From NCBI GenBank assembly GCA_030527615.1, contig JAUNAM010000001.1:25244-89243 (forward strand): a DNA stretch of 64,000 nucleotides, read 5' to 3'. Numbering within the stretch: the first letter of the stretch is position 1; every line of letters begins with the position of its first letter. Below the pieces are notes generated by a model. The model saw nothing but the letters and a program-made list of their open reading frames with translations, ran no database searches and had not been told where the DNA came from. Source of the stretch: Clostridia bacterium (GTDB lineage Bacteria; Bacillota; Clostridia; Oscillospirales; Acutalibacteraceae). This document shows positions 27,191 to 35,954 of this stretch, piece after piece. The position numbers were made by a program, and so were the translations under genes.

Positions 27191-27739
27191 ATGTCACGTA
27201 TAGGTAAAAAGCCTATCACAATACCTGCAGGTGTTGAGGTTAAGCTTGACGGTAACACCGTTACCGTTAAGGGCGCAAAGGGTACACTAAGCTATACCCA
27301 CAACGCTGACATCACCGTTGCAGTTGAGGGTAACGAAATCAACGTTACTCGCCCCAGCGACAACAAAGAGCACCGTTCTTTACACGGTCTTACACGTACA
27401 CTTATCGCTAATATGGTTGTCGGTGTTTCTGAAGGCTATTCAAAAACACTTGAAATCAACGGCGTAGGTTACCGTGCTCAAAAGCAAGGCAATAACCTTG
27501 TTATGAACCTGGGTTATTCACATCAGGTAATCGTTCCTGAAGTTGAAGGTATTAGTATTGAAGTACCGTCTGCTAACCAAATCGTTATCAGCGGTGCAGA
27601 TAAGCAGTTGGTTGGCCAATTCGCAGCCGATGTTCGCAAGAAGAGACCTCCCGAACCCTACAAGGGCAAAGGTATCAAGTACTCTGACGAGCACATCCGC
27701 CGCAAAGAAGGTAAGGCCGCTAAGGGCTCTAAGAAATAA
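27191..27739 (+). CDS. rplF: 50S ribosomal protein L6
   Basis: [20 protein letters not shown] aaggaggtg at 27175-27183. Confidence 0.97.
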   Translation: MSRIGKKPITIPAGVEVKLDGNTVTVKGAKGTLSYTHNADITVAVEGNEINVTRPSDNKEHRSLHGLTRTLIANMVVGVSEGYSKTLEINGVGYRAQKQGNNLVMNLGYSHQVIVPEVEGISIEVPSANQIVISGADKQLVGQFAADVRKKRPPEPYKGKGIKYSDEHIRRKEGKAAKGSKK

Positions 27740-27757
27740 AGAAGGAGTGTATGAAAA

Positions 27758-28117
27758 ATGGTTAGCAAACCTAATAGTAATCAGGCAAGAATCAAGCGCC
27801 ATCTCCGCGTTCGTTCAAAAGTCAGCGGTACAGCAGCTTGCCCTCGTCTCGATGTATTCCGCTCCAACAGCAATATATATGCCCAGCTTATCGATGATGT
27901 AAACGGTGTGACTCTTGCAGCTGCATCTTCAAACGAAAAAGATTTCGATTTGAACGGTGGCAACTGTGAAGGTGCACACAAGGTTGGACAGTTAATCGCT
28001 GAACGCGCTGCCGCTAAAGGTATCACAGAGGTTGTTTTCGACCGCGGTGGTTACATTTATCACGGCCGTGTCAAGGAGCTTGCCGAAGGTGCCCGTGAGG
28101 GCGGCCTCAAGTTCTAA
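27758..28117 (+). CDS. rplR: 50S ribosomal protein L18
   Basis: [27 protein letters not shown]...[16 protein letters not shown]. Confidence 0.97.
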   Translation: MVSKPNSNQARIKRHLRVRSKVSGTAACPRLDVFRSNSNIYAQLIDDVNGVTLAAASSNEKDFDLNGGNCEGAHKVGQLIAERAAAKGITEVVFDRGGYIYHGRVKELAEGAREGGLKF

Positions 28118-28140
28118 GTAAGAAGAAGGAGGAAACACTT

Positions 28141-28644
28141 TTGGCTACAAATATTGACGCATCAACATTAGATTTACAGGAACGTGTAGTTGCTATAAAT
28201 CGTGTATCCAAAACCGTTAAGGGCGGACGTATTATGAAATTCTCTGCTCTTGTTGTTGTTGGCGACGGAAACGGCATCGTAGGCTACGGCCTAGGTAAAG
28301 CCGGTGAAGTTCCGGATGCTATCCGCAAAGGTATTGAGGATGCAAAGAAAAACCTAATTAAGGTTTCACTTAAGGGTACAACAATCCCTCACGAAATTAT
28401 TGGTGAATTTGGCGCAGGTCGCGTGCTTCTTAAGCCTGCTGCAACCGGTACCGGTGTTATTGCCGGCGGTGCAGTGCGTGCCGTTGTTGAAATGGTAGGT
28501 ATTAAGGATATTCGTACAAAGGCTCTTCGCTCCAATAATCCGTGCAACGTAGTTCGTGCAACAGTTGCAGGCCTTGCAGCTCTTCGTGATGCTAATCAGG
28601 TTGCTGCAGTTCGTGGCAAAGACGTTAAAGAAATTATAGGTTAA
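28141..28644 (+). CDS. rpsE: 30S ribosomal protein S5
   Basis: TTG start after RBS aaggagga. [16 protein letters not shown]. Confidence 0.96.
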   Translation: MATNIDASTLDLQERVVAINRVSKTVKGGRIMKFSALVVVGDGNGIVGYGLGKAGEVPDAIRKGIEDAKKNLIKVSLKGTTIPHEIIGEFGAGRVLLKPAATGTGVIAGGAVRAVVEMVGIKDIRTKALRSNNPCNVVRATVAGLAALRDANQVAAVRGKDVKEIIG

Positions 28645-28658
28645 GGAGGAGCAGCACT

Positions 28659-28856
28659 ATGGCAACAAAGAAAAAGGCTGCCGGCCTTACTGTAAAACTC
28701 GTAAAGAGCACAATCGGTTCTAAAAAGGACCAAATCGCAACCGTAGAATCATTAGGTCTTAAAAAGCTCGGCGATGTTAAGGTTCAGCCTGACAACGCAC
28801 AAACAAGAGGCAAAATCAACAAGGTATCACACCTTGTAAAGATTATTGAAGGCTAA
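28659..28856 (+). CDS. rpmD: 50S ribosomal protein L30
   Basis: 65 aa, LTVKLVKSTIGSKKDQIATVESLGL. Confidence 0.95.
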   Translation: MATKKKAAGLTVKLVKSTIGSKKDQIATVESLGLKKLGDVKVQPDNAQTRGKINKVSHLVKIIEG

Positions 28857-28908
28857 TAGATTTTACACGGCGGTATAAAACCGCCAATTACGCAAGGAGG
28901 TGCGAACA

Positions 28909-29349
28909 ATGAAATTGCATGAATTATCTCCCGCAGCAGGCTCAACAAAAGAGTCAAAGCGTATAGGCAGAGGTCATGGTTCCGGCAATGGTAAAACTGC
29001 CGGAAAGGGTCACAAGGGTCAAAAGGCTCGTGCCGGTCACGGTATGAGAATTGGCTTTGAAGGCGGTCAGATGCCACTTCAAAGACGTGTACCAAAGCGT
29101 GGCTTTAATAACATTTTTGCTGAAGAATGGATTGCAATCAACGTAGCTGCTCTCGAAGTATTTGAAGATGGCGCTACTGTTACTGCTGAAGCTTTGGCAG
29201 AAAAGAATATCATCAAAAAGGCTGACAAGCCTGTTAAGGTTTTGGGCAACGGCAAGCTTACCAAAAAGCTTACTGTTAACCTAAATGCATTCTCTGCATC
29301 TGCTGCAGAAAAAATTAACGCTGCAGGCGGAAAGGCAGAGGTGATCTGA
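28909..29349 (+). CDS. rplO: 50S ribosomal protein L15
   Basis: [33 protein letters not shown] aaggagg at 28894-28900. Confidence 0.97.
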   Translation: MKLHELSPAAGSTKESKRIGRGHGSGNGKTAGKGHKGQKARAGHGMRIGFEGGQMPLQRRVPKRGFNNIFAEEWIAINVAALEVFEDGATVTAEALAEKNIIKKADKPVKVLGNGKLTKKLTVNLNAFSASAAEKINAAGGKAEVI

Positions 29350-29351
29350 GA

Positions 29352-30623
29352 ATGTTGGAAACACTAAAAAACGCATGGAAGGTTAAAGAGCTTCGCAATA
29401 AAATTCTTTACACACTTCTTATAATCGTAATTTTCCGCATTGGCTCAGTTATTCCTGTTCCTTATATTGATCCATCAACAATTGCAAATGCAACAGCAGG
29501 TAATGAATTTTTCAGCTACTTGTCAATTCTTACCGGTGGTGGTCTTGAGTATGGTGCTATCTTTGCTATGTCAATTACACCGTACATCAATGCTTCAATT
29601 ATCATTCAGCTGTTGTGCGTAGCAATTCCTTACCTCGAAAGACTTTCTAAAGAAGGTGAAGAGGGTCAAAAGAAATTGGCTACCATCACACGTTATACAA
29701 CCGTTATTTTGGCGCTTATTCAAGGTATCGCTTATTTCTTCTATCTGGATGCAAGCGGTTGCTTAAGCGTAACAAAGGGCGTTTGGTTTGCGGCAATTGT
29801 TATTATATTAACATTTACAGCCGGCTCTGCCATAGTAATGTGGCTGGGCGAGCAGATCGATGTTAAGGGTATAGGAAACGGTATTTCAATAATACTTTTT
29901 GCAGGTATTTTGTCACGTGGTCCACAAGCTTTTGCAGCACTGGTGAACTACTGGCAAGGTGAACAATACTTTGCAGTAATCGGTATAGTTATCGCATTTT
30001 TGATAATCATTGCATTTATCGTATGGATGACAAATGCCGAACGCCGCATACCTGTTCAATATGCTAAACGTGTTGTTGGCAATAAGATGTACGGCGGTCA
30101 AAACACCCATATCCCGATTAAGGTTAATATGTCAGGTGTTATGCCTGTAATCTTTGCATCATCTATCTTGATGCTACCTACAATGATACTAAGCTTTATG
30201 AGCGACAGCAGCCGCACAGGCTCTTTTGCTAAATTCTTAGGTCTGTTTAGCACACAGGGTATTTTCTACGCAGTGATTTACTTTGTAATGATTATTGCAT
30301 TTGCATATTTTTATGCAACCATTCAATTTAATCCCGTAGAAATGGCAAATAATCTTCGTAAAAACGGCGGTGCTATCCCCGGTATTCGTCCGGGCAAGCC
30401 CACATCCGATTTTATTTCTAAAATTTTGTCAAGAATAACCTTGATGGGTGCACTTTTCTTAAGTGTAATCGCAATTCTTCCCATAATTATCAGCAATGTT
30501 GGTAAGCTTAACATTTCTCTTGGCGGTACCTCTGTACTGATTATGGTTGGTGTTGCACTTGACACAGTTCAAAATCTTGAGTCTCAAATGATGATGCGTC
30601 ATTATAAAGGCTTTTTAGATTAA
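29352..30623 (+). CDS. secY: Preprotein translocase subunit SecY
   Basis: 423 aa, 10 TM segments, canonical position after rplO. Confidence 0.97.
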   Translation: MLETLKNAWKVKELRNKILYTLLIIVIFRIGSVIPVPYIDPSTIANATAGNEFFSYLSILTGGGLEYGAIFAMSITPYINASIIIQLLCVAIPYLERLSKEGEEGQKKLATITRYTTVILALIQGIAYFFYLDASGCLSVTKGVWFAAIVIILTFTAGSAIVMWLGEQIDVKGIGNGISIILFAGILSRGPQAFAALVNYWQGEQYFAVIGIVIAFLIIIAFIVWMTNAERRIPVQYAKRVVGNKMYGGQNTHIPIKVNMSGVMPVIFASSILMLPTMILSFMSDSSRTGSFAKFLGLFSTQGIFYAVIYFVMIIAFAYFYATIQFNPVEMANNLRKNGGAIPGIRPGKPTSDFISKILSRITLMGALFLSVIAILPIIISNVGKLNISLGGTSVLIMVGVALDTVQNLESQMMMRHYKGFLD

Positions 30624-30646
30624 GAATATCAAAAAGGAGTATTGTA

Positions 30647-31282
30647 ATGAAGCTCATACTTTTAGGGGCCCCTGGTGCAGGAAAAGGTACGCAGGCAGAG
30701 ATAATCTCTGAAAAATATGATATTCCCACCATCTCGACCGGCAACATTATTCGTGCTGCCCTTAAAAACGGTACCGAGATGGGTCTTAAGGCAAAGGCTT
30801 ATATCGACAGCGGTCGCTTGGTTCCTGATGATGTCGTAATCGGCATTATTAAGGAACGTTTAAGCGACACCGACTGTCAAAACGGTTTTATACTTGATGG
30901 ATTTCCGCGAACAATTCCACAGGCGGAAGCACTTGACAATATGGGCGTAAATGTCGATGCGGCGCTTTCAATAGAGGTTGACGACCGTGAGATAGTAAAA
31001 CGTATGTCAGGCAGACGCGTTTGTGAAAAATGCGGTGCCAGCTATCATACCGAGTTTAAAAAACCGGCAAATGATGGTGTGTGCGATGCTTGTGGCGGAA
31101 AACTTGTTATTCGCAAGGATGATGAGCCGGACACTGTTCATGATAGATTGGATATTTATCACAAACAGACCGAGCCGCTAAAAAGCTATTATAAAACCCA
31201 AGATAAGCTTATTATAGTAGAGGGTCAGGACAAGGTTTCTGATACCACCGAATTAGTGCTTAAAGCACTTTCGGAGATATAA
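30647..31282 (+). CDS. adk: Adenylate kinase (Cys4 zinc lid)
   Basis: GAPGAGKGTQ P-loop. Lid motifs CEKCG...CDACGG. Confidence 0.97.
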   Translation: MKLILLGAPGAGKGTQAEIISEKYDIPTISTGNIIRAALKNGTEMGLKAKAYIDSGRLVPDDVVIGIIKERLSDTDCQNGFILDGFPRTIPQAEALDNMGVNVDAALSIEVDDREIVKRMSGRRVCEKCGASYHTEFKKPANDGVCDACGGKLVIRKDDEPDTVHDRLDIYHKQTEPLKSYYKTQDKLIIVEGQDKVSDTTELVLKALSEI

Positions 31283-31285
31283 ACT

Positions 31286-32035
31286 ATGATAGTCCTTAAA
31301 ACCGGCCGCGAGCTTAAAGTTATGCGAGAAGCTTGCAGAATATCGGCCGAAGCATTAAAATTAGCAGGCGATGCGGTGCAGCCGGGTGTAACTACAGCCG
31401 AGCTTGACAGAATAGCCGAAAAGTACATTTTAAGTCAAGGTGCTAAGCCTAACTTTAAAAATTACAACGGCTATCCTGCAACCGCATGTATATCAATCAA
31501 CAACGAGGTAATTCACGGCATACCTTCAAAAAAGCGCGTTATTAAAGCAGGCGACATTGTGTCAATTGATTTGGGCGCGGTATACGAAGGATATCACGGT
31601 GACAATGCCGCAACTTTTGCCTGCGGAGACATTTCCGCAGAGGCGAAGCGGCTGATGGATGCCACGCACGAAAGCCTTTACAAAGGCATCGCGGCAGCGG
31701 TATCGGGCGGCAGGTTAGGTGATATAGGTGCTGCTATTCAGCAGTATGTCGAACAGCAGGGATTTTCGGTGGTGCGTCAGTTTGTCGGTCACGGCATAGG
31801 TACGGCACTTCACGAAGCCCCCGAAGTACCTAATTTTGGCACTCAAGGGCGAGGAATTCGTCTAATGCCCGGTATGACCCTTGCAATAGAGCCCATGGTA
31901 AACACAGGGCACTTTGATGTAAAGGTTATGCCAGATGGCTGGACAGTGCTGACACGTGACGGTTCTTTATCTGCTCACTTTGAGCATACTATAGTAATCA
32001 CACCCGACGGACCTCAAATTTTAACCAAGGCTTGA
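31286..32035 (+). CDS. map: Methionine aminopeptidase type I
   Basis: 249 aa, with metal ligands in the D..D..H..E..E contexts (IDLGAVYEGYHGD, HGIG, EPM, EHT). Confidence 0.96.
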   Translation: MIVLKTGRELKVMREACRISAEALKLAGDAVQPGVTTAELDRIAEKYILSQGAKPNFKNYNGYPATACISINNEVIHGIPSKKRVIKAGDIVSIDLGAVYEGYHGDNAATFACGDISAEAKRLMDATHESLYKGIAAAVSGGRLGDIGAAIQQYVEQQGFSVVRQFVGHGIGTALHEAPEVPNFGTQGRGIRLMPGMTLAIEPMVNTGHFDVKVMPDGWTVLTRDGSLSAHFEHTIVITPDGPQILTKA

Positions 32036-32043
32036 GGTGCGAT

Positions 32044-32286
32044 ATGGTAGGTACTGTAGTAATATCAAAAGCAGGCAGAGATAAAGACAAAGTAATGGTA
32101 ATAGTTAAAGAGACCGAAAACCATCTGTTAGTGTGTGACGGAAAGGAGCGGCCGGTCGAGCGCCCAAAGCGCAAGAACCCGAAGCATCTAAAACTTACCA
32201 ATACCCGTCTTACAGCAGACCGGCTTGAAACAAACCCCCGTTTACGCAAAGCGTTAAAATCGGCGGTTTATGAGGAGGAAATGTAA
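32044..32286 (+). CDS. Small KOW-domain protein (L14E-like) between map and infA
   Basis: [21 protein letters not shown] is a KOW-like motif. RBS tgaggtg. 80 aa, basic. Confidence 0.6.
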   Translation: MVGTVVISKAGRDKDKVMVIVKETENHLLVCDGKERPVERPKRKNPKHLKLTNTRLTADRLETNPRLRKALKSAVYEEEM

Positions 32287-32504
32287 TGTCAAAATTAGAT
32301 ATGATTGAACTTGAAGGCACCGTTGTTGAAGCAATGCCTAACGCAATGTTCAAGGTAGAAATCCAAGGTGGACATCAAATTTTAGCTCATATTTCGGGCA
32401 AATTGCGTATGAACTTTATACGTATTCTCCCCGGAGATAAGGTTACAGTTGAGATGTCGCCGTACGACCTGTCAAAAGGACGCATTACATGGCGTTCAAA
32501 ATAA
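32286..32504 (+). CDS. infA: Translation initiation factor IF-1
   Basis: 72 aa, [17 protein letters not shown]...[16 protein letters not shown]. Confidence 0.98.
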   Translation: MSKLDMIELEGTVVEAMPNAMFKVEIQGGHQILAHISGKLRMNFIRILPGDKVTVEMSPYDLSKGRITWRSK

Positions 32505-32572
32505 TTTGACAGAAAAATAGTGTGATGCCTTGTGTGCATCATACCCCTAAATTTTAAGGAGGTAAAATCCAA

Positions 32573-32686
32573 ATGAAAGTCAGACCTTCTGTAAAAAAGA
32601 TTTGCGAAAAATGCAAAATCATTAAGCGCAAGGGTAAAATCATGGTTATCTGTGAAAACCCCAAGCACAAGCAGCGTCAGGGTTAA
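32573..32686 (+). CDS. rpmJ: 50S ribosomal protein L36 (zinc-ribbon form)
   Basis: This ORF is not in the supplied track because it is under 60 aa. I translated it by hand as [37 protein letters not shown] (37 aa). RBS aaggagg at 32557-32563. Confidence 0.95.
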   Translation: MKVRPSVKKICEKCKIIKRKGKIMVICENPKHKQRQG

Positions 32687-32733
32687 TAAAGTCTCTGACT
32701 GTCGCAACAACAAATATGGAGGTGCTTTGATAA

Positions 32734-33102
32734 ATGGCACGTATTGCTGGTGTTGATCTGCCAAATAATAAGCGAGTTGAAATCGGACTTACTTATATTT
32801 ATGGTATTGGTCTTACAACATCTAAACAAATTCTTGCAGACACAGGCGTAAATCCTGATGTACGCGTTAAGGATTTGACAGAAGAAGATATTTCCAAATT
32901 GCGTGAGTATATCGACCACAACCTTCAAGTAGAGGGTGACCGTCGTCGTACCGTAGCATTGGATATTAAACGACTTATTGAAATTGGAAGCTATCGTGGT
33001 CTTCGTCACCGCAAAGGTTTGCCCGTAAGAGGTCAGCGTTCAAAAACCAACGCTCGTACTCGTAAGGGTCCGAAGAGAACCGTAGCAAACAAAAAGAAAT
33101 AA
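32734..33102 (+). CDS. rpsM: 30S ribosomal protein S13
   Basis: [26 protein letters not shown]. Confidence 0.98.
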   Translation: MARIAGVDLPNNKRVEIGLTYIYGIGLTTSKQILADTGVNPDVRVKDLTEEDISKLREYIDHNLQVEGDRRRTVALDIKRLIEIGSYRGLRHRKGLPVRGQRSKTNARTRKGPKRTVANKKK

Positions 33103-33119
33103 GTAGGAGGTAAACTTTA

Positions 33120-33515
33120 ATGGCTACTGCTAAAAGAGCGACCACACGTCGTCGTCGCGAAAAGAAAAATATTGAACGTGGTGCAGCCCATATCCAGTCG
33201 ACCTTCAACAACACAATAGTTACAATTACCGATACACAGGGTAATGCTCTTTCATGGGCATCAGCCGGTGAGCTTGGTTTCCGTGGCTCTAAAAAGTCTA
33301 CTCCCTTCGCAGCACAAAGCGCTGCTGAAAAGGCTGCAAAGGCTGCTATGGAGCACGGTCTTAAAACTGTTGAGGTTTATGTTAAAGGACCGGGTGCAGG
33401 TCGTGAAGCTGCTATCCGCGCATTGCAGTCTGTAGGTCTTGAGGTTTCTATGATTAAAGACGTAACCCCAATCCCCCATAACGGCTGCCGTCCTCCCAAG
33501 AGAAGACGCGTATAA
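33120..33515 (+). CDS. rpsK: 30S ribosomal protein S11
   Basis: [18 protein letters not shown]...[13 protein letters not shown]. Confidence 0.98.
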   Translation: MATAKRATTRRRREKKNIERGAAHIQSTFNNTIVTITDTQGNALSWASAGELGFRGSKKSTPFAAQSAAEKAAKAAMEHGLKTVEVYVKGPGAGREAAIRALQSVGLEVSMIKDVTPIPHNGCRPPKRRRV

Positions 33516-33571
33516 TTTTTAAAAACCTATCTGCAGTACAATTACTGCGAAATAATTTGGAGGTGTACTGA

Positions 33572-34198
33572 ATGGCTAGATATACCGGTGCAGTTTGCAG
33601 ACTTTGCCGCCGCGAGGGTCAAAAATTGTTCCTTAAGGGCGAACGCTGCTATTCTGAAAAATGTTCTATCGGCATCCGCGGTTATGCACCCGGACAGCAC
33701 GGACAGGGTAGAAAGAAGTCATCCGAATACGGTTTGCAGCTTCGTGCAAAGCAGACCGCAAGACGTTTTTATGGCGTTCAAGAGGGTCAATTCCGCCATT
33801 ATTTTGAGGTTGCTGAACGCAAACAAGGCGTTACAGGTGACAACCTATTAAGAATTCTTGAAAGCCGTCTTGACAATGTAGTTTACAGAGTAGGCTTTGC
33901 TGCTTCTCGTGCAGAAGCACGTCAACTTGTAGGCCACGGTCATTTTGAAGTTAACGGTAAGCGCGTTGATATCGCATCATACCTTCTTAAAGCAGGCGAT
34001 GAAATCGCTATCTGCGAAAAAGCTAAGGGCAGCGATAAAATCAAGGCAGTTGTTGAAGCAAACAGCGCAAGACCTACTCCCGAGTGGATTAGTGTTGACC
34101 GCGAAAAGCTAACAGCCAAGATTATCAATCTCCCCAACCGTGAGCAAATTGAGGCTCCTGTTGAGGAACAACTTATCGTAGAATTCTACTCAAGATAA
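33572..34198 (+). CDS. rpsD: 30S ribosomal protein S4
   Basis: [26 protein letters not shown], followed by an S4 RNA-binding domain. Confidence 0.97.
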   Translation: MARYTGAVCRLCRREGQKLFLKGERCYSEKCSIGIRGYAPGQHGQGRKKSSEYGLQLRAKQTARRFYGVQEGQFRHYFEVAERKQGVTGDNLLRILESRLDNVVYRVGFAASRAEARQLVGHGHFEVNGKRVDIASYLLKAGDEIAICEKAKGSDKIKAVVEANSARPTPEWISVDREKLTAKIINLPNREQIEAPVEEQLIVEFYSR

Positions 34199-34286
34199 TA
34201 ATTTATATTGTTGTCTTGTGTTCTGTCCGCCGCATTGGGCAGAATTTAACTTAAAATTTATTTATGCGGAGAAACGGAGCTTTTAA

Positions 34287-35237
34287 ATGATAGAGATTGA
34301 AAAGCCCAGAATTGAAACACTCGAACTTTCAGAGGACGGAAAGTACGGAAAGTTTTGTATGGAACCGCTCGAGCGTGGTTACGCTATAACACTTGGCAAC
34401 AGCATTAGACGTGTTCTTTTGTCAACCTTGCCCGGTGCTGCAATAACCGATGTTAAAATCGACGGTGTTGTACATGAGTTTTCTACTATTCCCGGCGTTA
34501 AGGAAGACGTTACTGAAATTGTATTAAACCTTAAAGGTTTAATTGCAAAGCTTAACGTAGACGCTACCAAAAAGATATATATTGAGGCAGAGGGTCCCTG
34601 CGTGGTTACCGCTGCTGATATTGTGAAGGATTCAGAGGTTGAAATTCTTAACGAAGATATGTATATCGCTACACTTGATGAGGGCGCAAAGCTTGTTATG
34701 GAAATGACACTCAACAAGGGTAGAGGTTACGTTGAAGCAAAGCACAATAAGCCGGCACAGAATGTTATCGGTGTTATTCCGATCGATTCTATCTACACTC
34801 CGGTTTTGAAGGCTAACTTTAGTGTTGACAATACTCGTGTAGGCGATGTTGTTGACAAAAACAAGCTTACTCTCGACGTTAGAACAAATGGCTCTATCAA
34901 GGCTGATGAAGCAGTTTCTATGGCTGCTAAAATCCTTATCGAGCATTTTGAATTGTTCCTTAACCTTGCTGAGGGTATTAGCGAAACACAAAGCATTATG
35001 GCAGAAAAGAGCGAAAACGCAAAAGAAAAGGTTCTTGATCTTACAATTGATGAACTTGACCTTTCAGTGCGTAGCTTTAACTGCTTAAAACGTGCAGGCA
35101 TTAATACCGTTGAAGATCTTATTGGAAAATCTGAAATGGATATGATGAAGGTTAGAAACTTGGGTCGTAAGTCACTTGAAGAGGTTATTGCTAAGCTTTC
35201 TTCATTTGGTTTTGCACTCAAGAAAGACGACGAATAA
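34287..35237 (+). CDS. rpoA: DNA-directed RNA polymerase alpha subunit
   Basis: 316 aa. [21 protein letters not shown], and C-terminal domain [16 protein letters not shown]. Confidence 0.98.
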   Translation: MIEIEKPRIETLELSEDGKYGKFCMEPLERGYAITLGNSIRRVLLSTLPGAAITDVKIDGVVHEFSTIPGVKEDVTEIVLNLKGLIAKLNVDATKKIYIEAEGPCVVTAADIVKDSEVEILNEDMYIATLDEGAKLVMEMTLNKGRGYVEAKHNKPAQNVIGVIPIDSIYTPVLKANFSVDNTRVGDVVDKNKLTLDVRTNGSIKADEAVSMAAKILIEHFELFLNLAEGISETQSIMAEKSENAKEKVLDLTIDELDLSVRSFNCLKRAGINTVEDLIGKSEMDMMKVRNLGRKSLEEVIAKLSSFGFALKKDDE

Positions 35238-35251
35238 AGGAGTGAATATCA

Positions 35252-35593
35252 ATGCCGGGTACTCGTAAACTTGGAAGAGCCAGCGACCACAGAACAGCTA
35301 TGCTTCGTGCAATGGTTACTTTTTTACTCGAAAACGGTAAGATAGAGACAACCGTTACACGCGCTAAAGAGGTTCGCTCAATGGCAGAGAAGTATATTAC
35401 ACTCGCTAAGACAAATACACTTCACAGCAAACGTCAGGCAATGGCATTCATTACTAAGGAAGATGTAGTTGCAAAGCTTTACAACGAAATCGCTCCTAAG
35501 TATGCAGATGTAAACGGCGGTTACTGCCGTATTACAAAAACCGGCCCTCGCCGTGGCGATGCTGCTGAAATGGCAATTATCGAGTTAATCTAA
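35252..35593 (+). CDS. rplQ: 50S ribosomal protein L17
   Basis: [17 protein letters not shown]...GGYCRI. Confidence 0.97.
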   Translation: MPGTRKLGRASDHRTAMLRAMVTFLLENGKIETTVTRAKEVRSMAEKYITLAKTNTLHSKRQAMAFITKEDVVAKLYNEIAPKYADVNGGYCRITKTGPRRGDAAEMAIIELI

Positions 35594-35735
35594 TTCTCAT
35601 AAAGCTGACTAAAGTCAGCATGGGTTTAGTAGTCACATTTTCGCAAAAATGACGGACATTTTATCCCCGTCAGACCCGCCGAAAAGCAGAAATATTTGCC
35701 ACTTCGGGATGATGTGGGTACTAAAGCAATTGTTA

Positions 35736-35772
35736 AAAAGCCTATACCGCTTTGGTGTAGGCTTTATTTTTT
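35736..35772 (+). terminator. Rho-independent terminator ending the alpha operon
   Basis: agcctatacc-gcttt-ggtgtaggct followed by ttatttttt. It lies about 140 nt after the rplQ stop. Confidence 0.8.
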
Positions 35773-35954
35773 GTATAAAAATAAAATTTTAACACAACAT
35801 ATTGTGCAAACAAAAAATATAACAAAATATAATAAAAAATAATAAAAAACTGTTGAAATTTTATGTGATTTATATTATAATCTAATTGTAAAAATGTAAA
35901 TATGGGTTATTGTCTTTACGTGACCTATAATTTTATGAAAGGATTGTTTTTTAA

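Noticed and set aside
32387-32764. 125-aa minus-strand ORF spanning infA, rpmJ and the rpsM start
   Set aside because: It crosses three well-supported plus-strand genes and their RBSs, and I recognise no motif in it.
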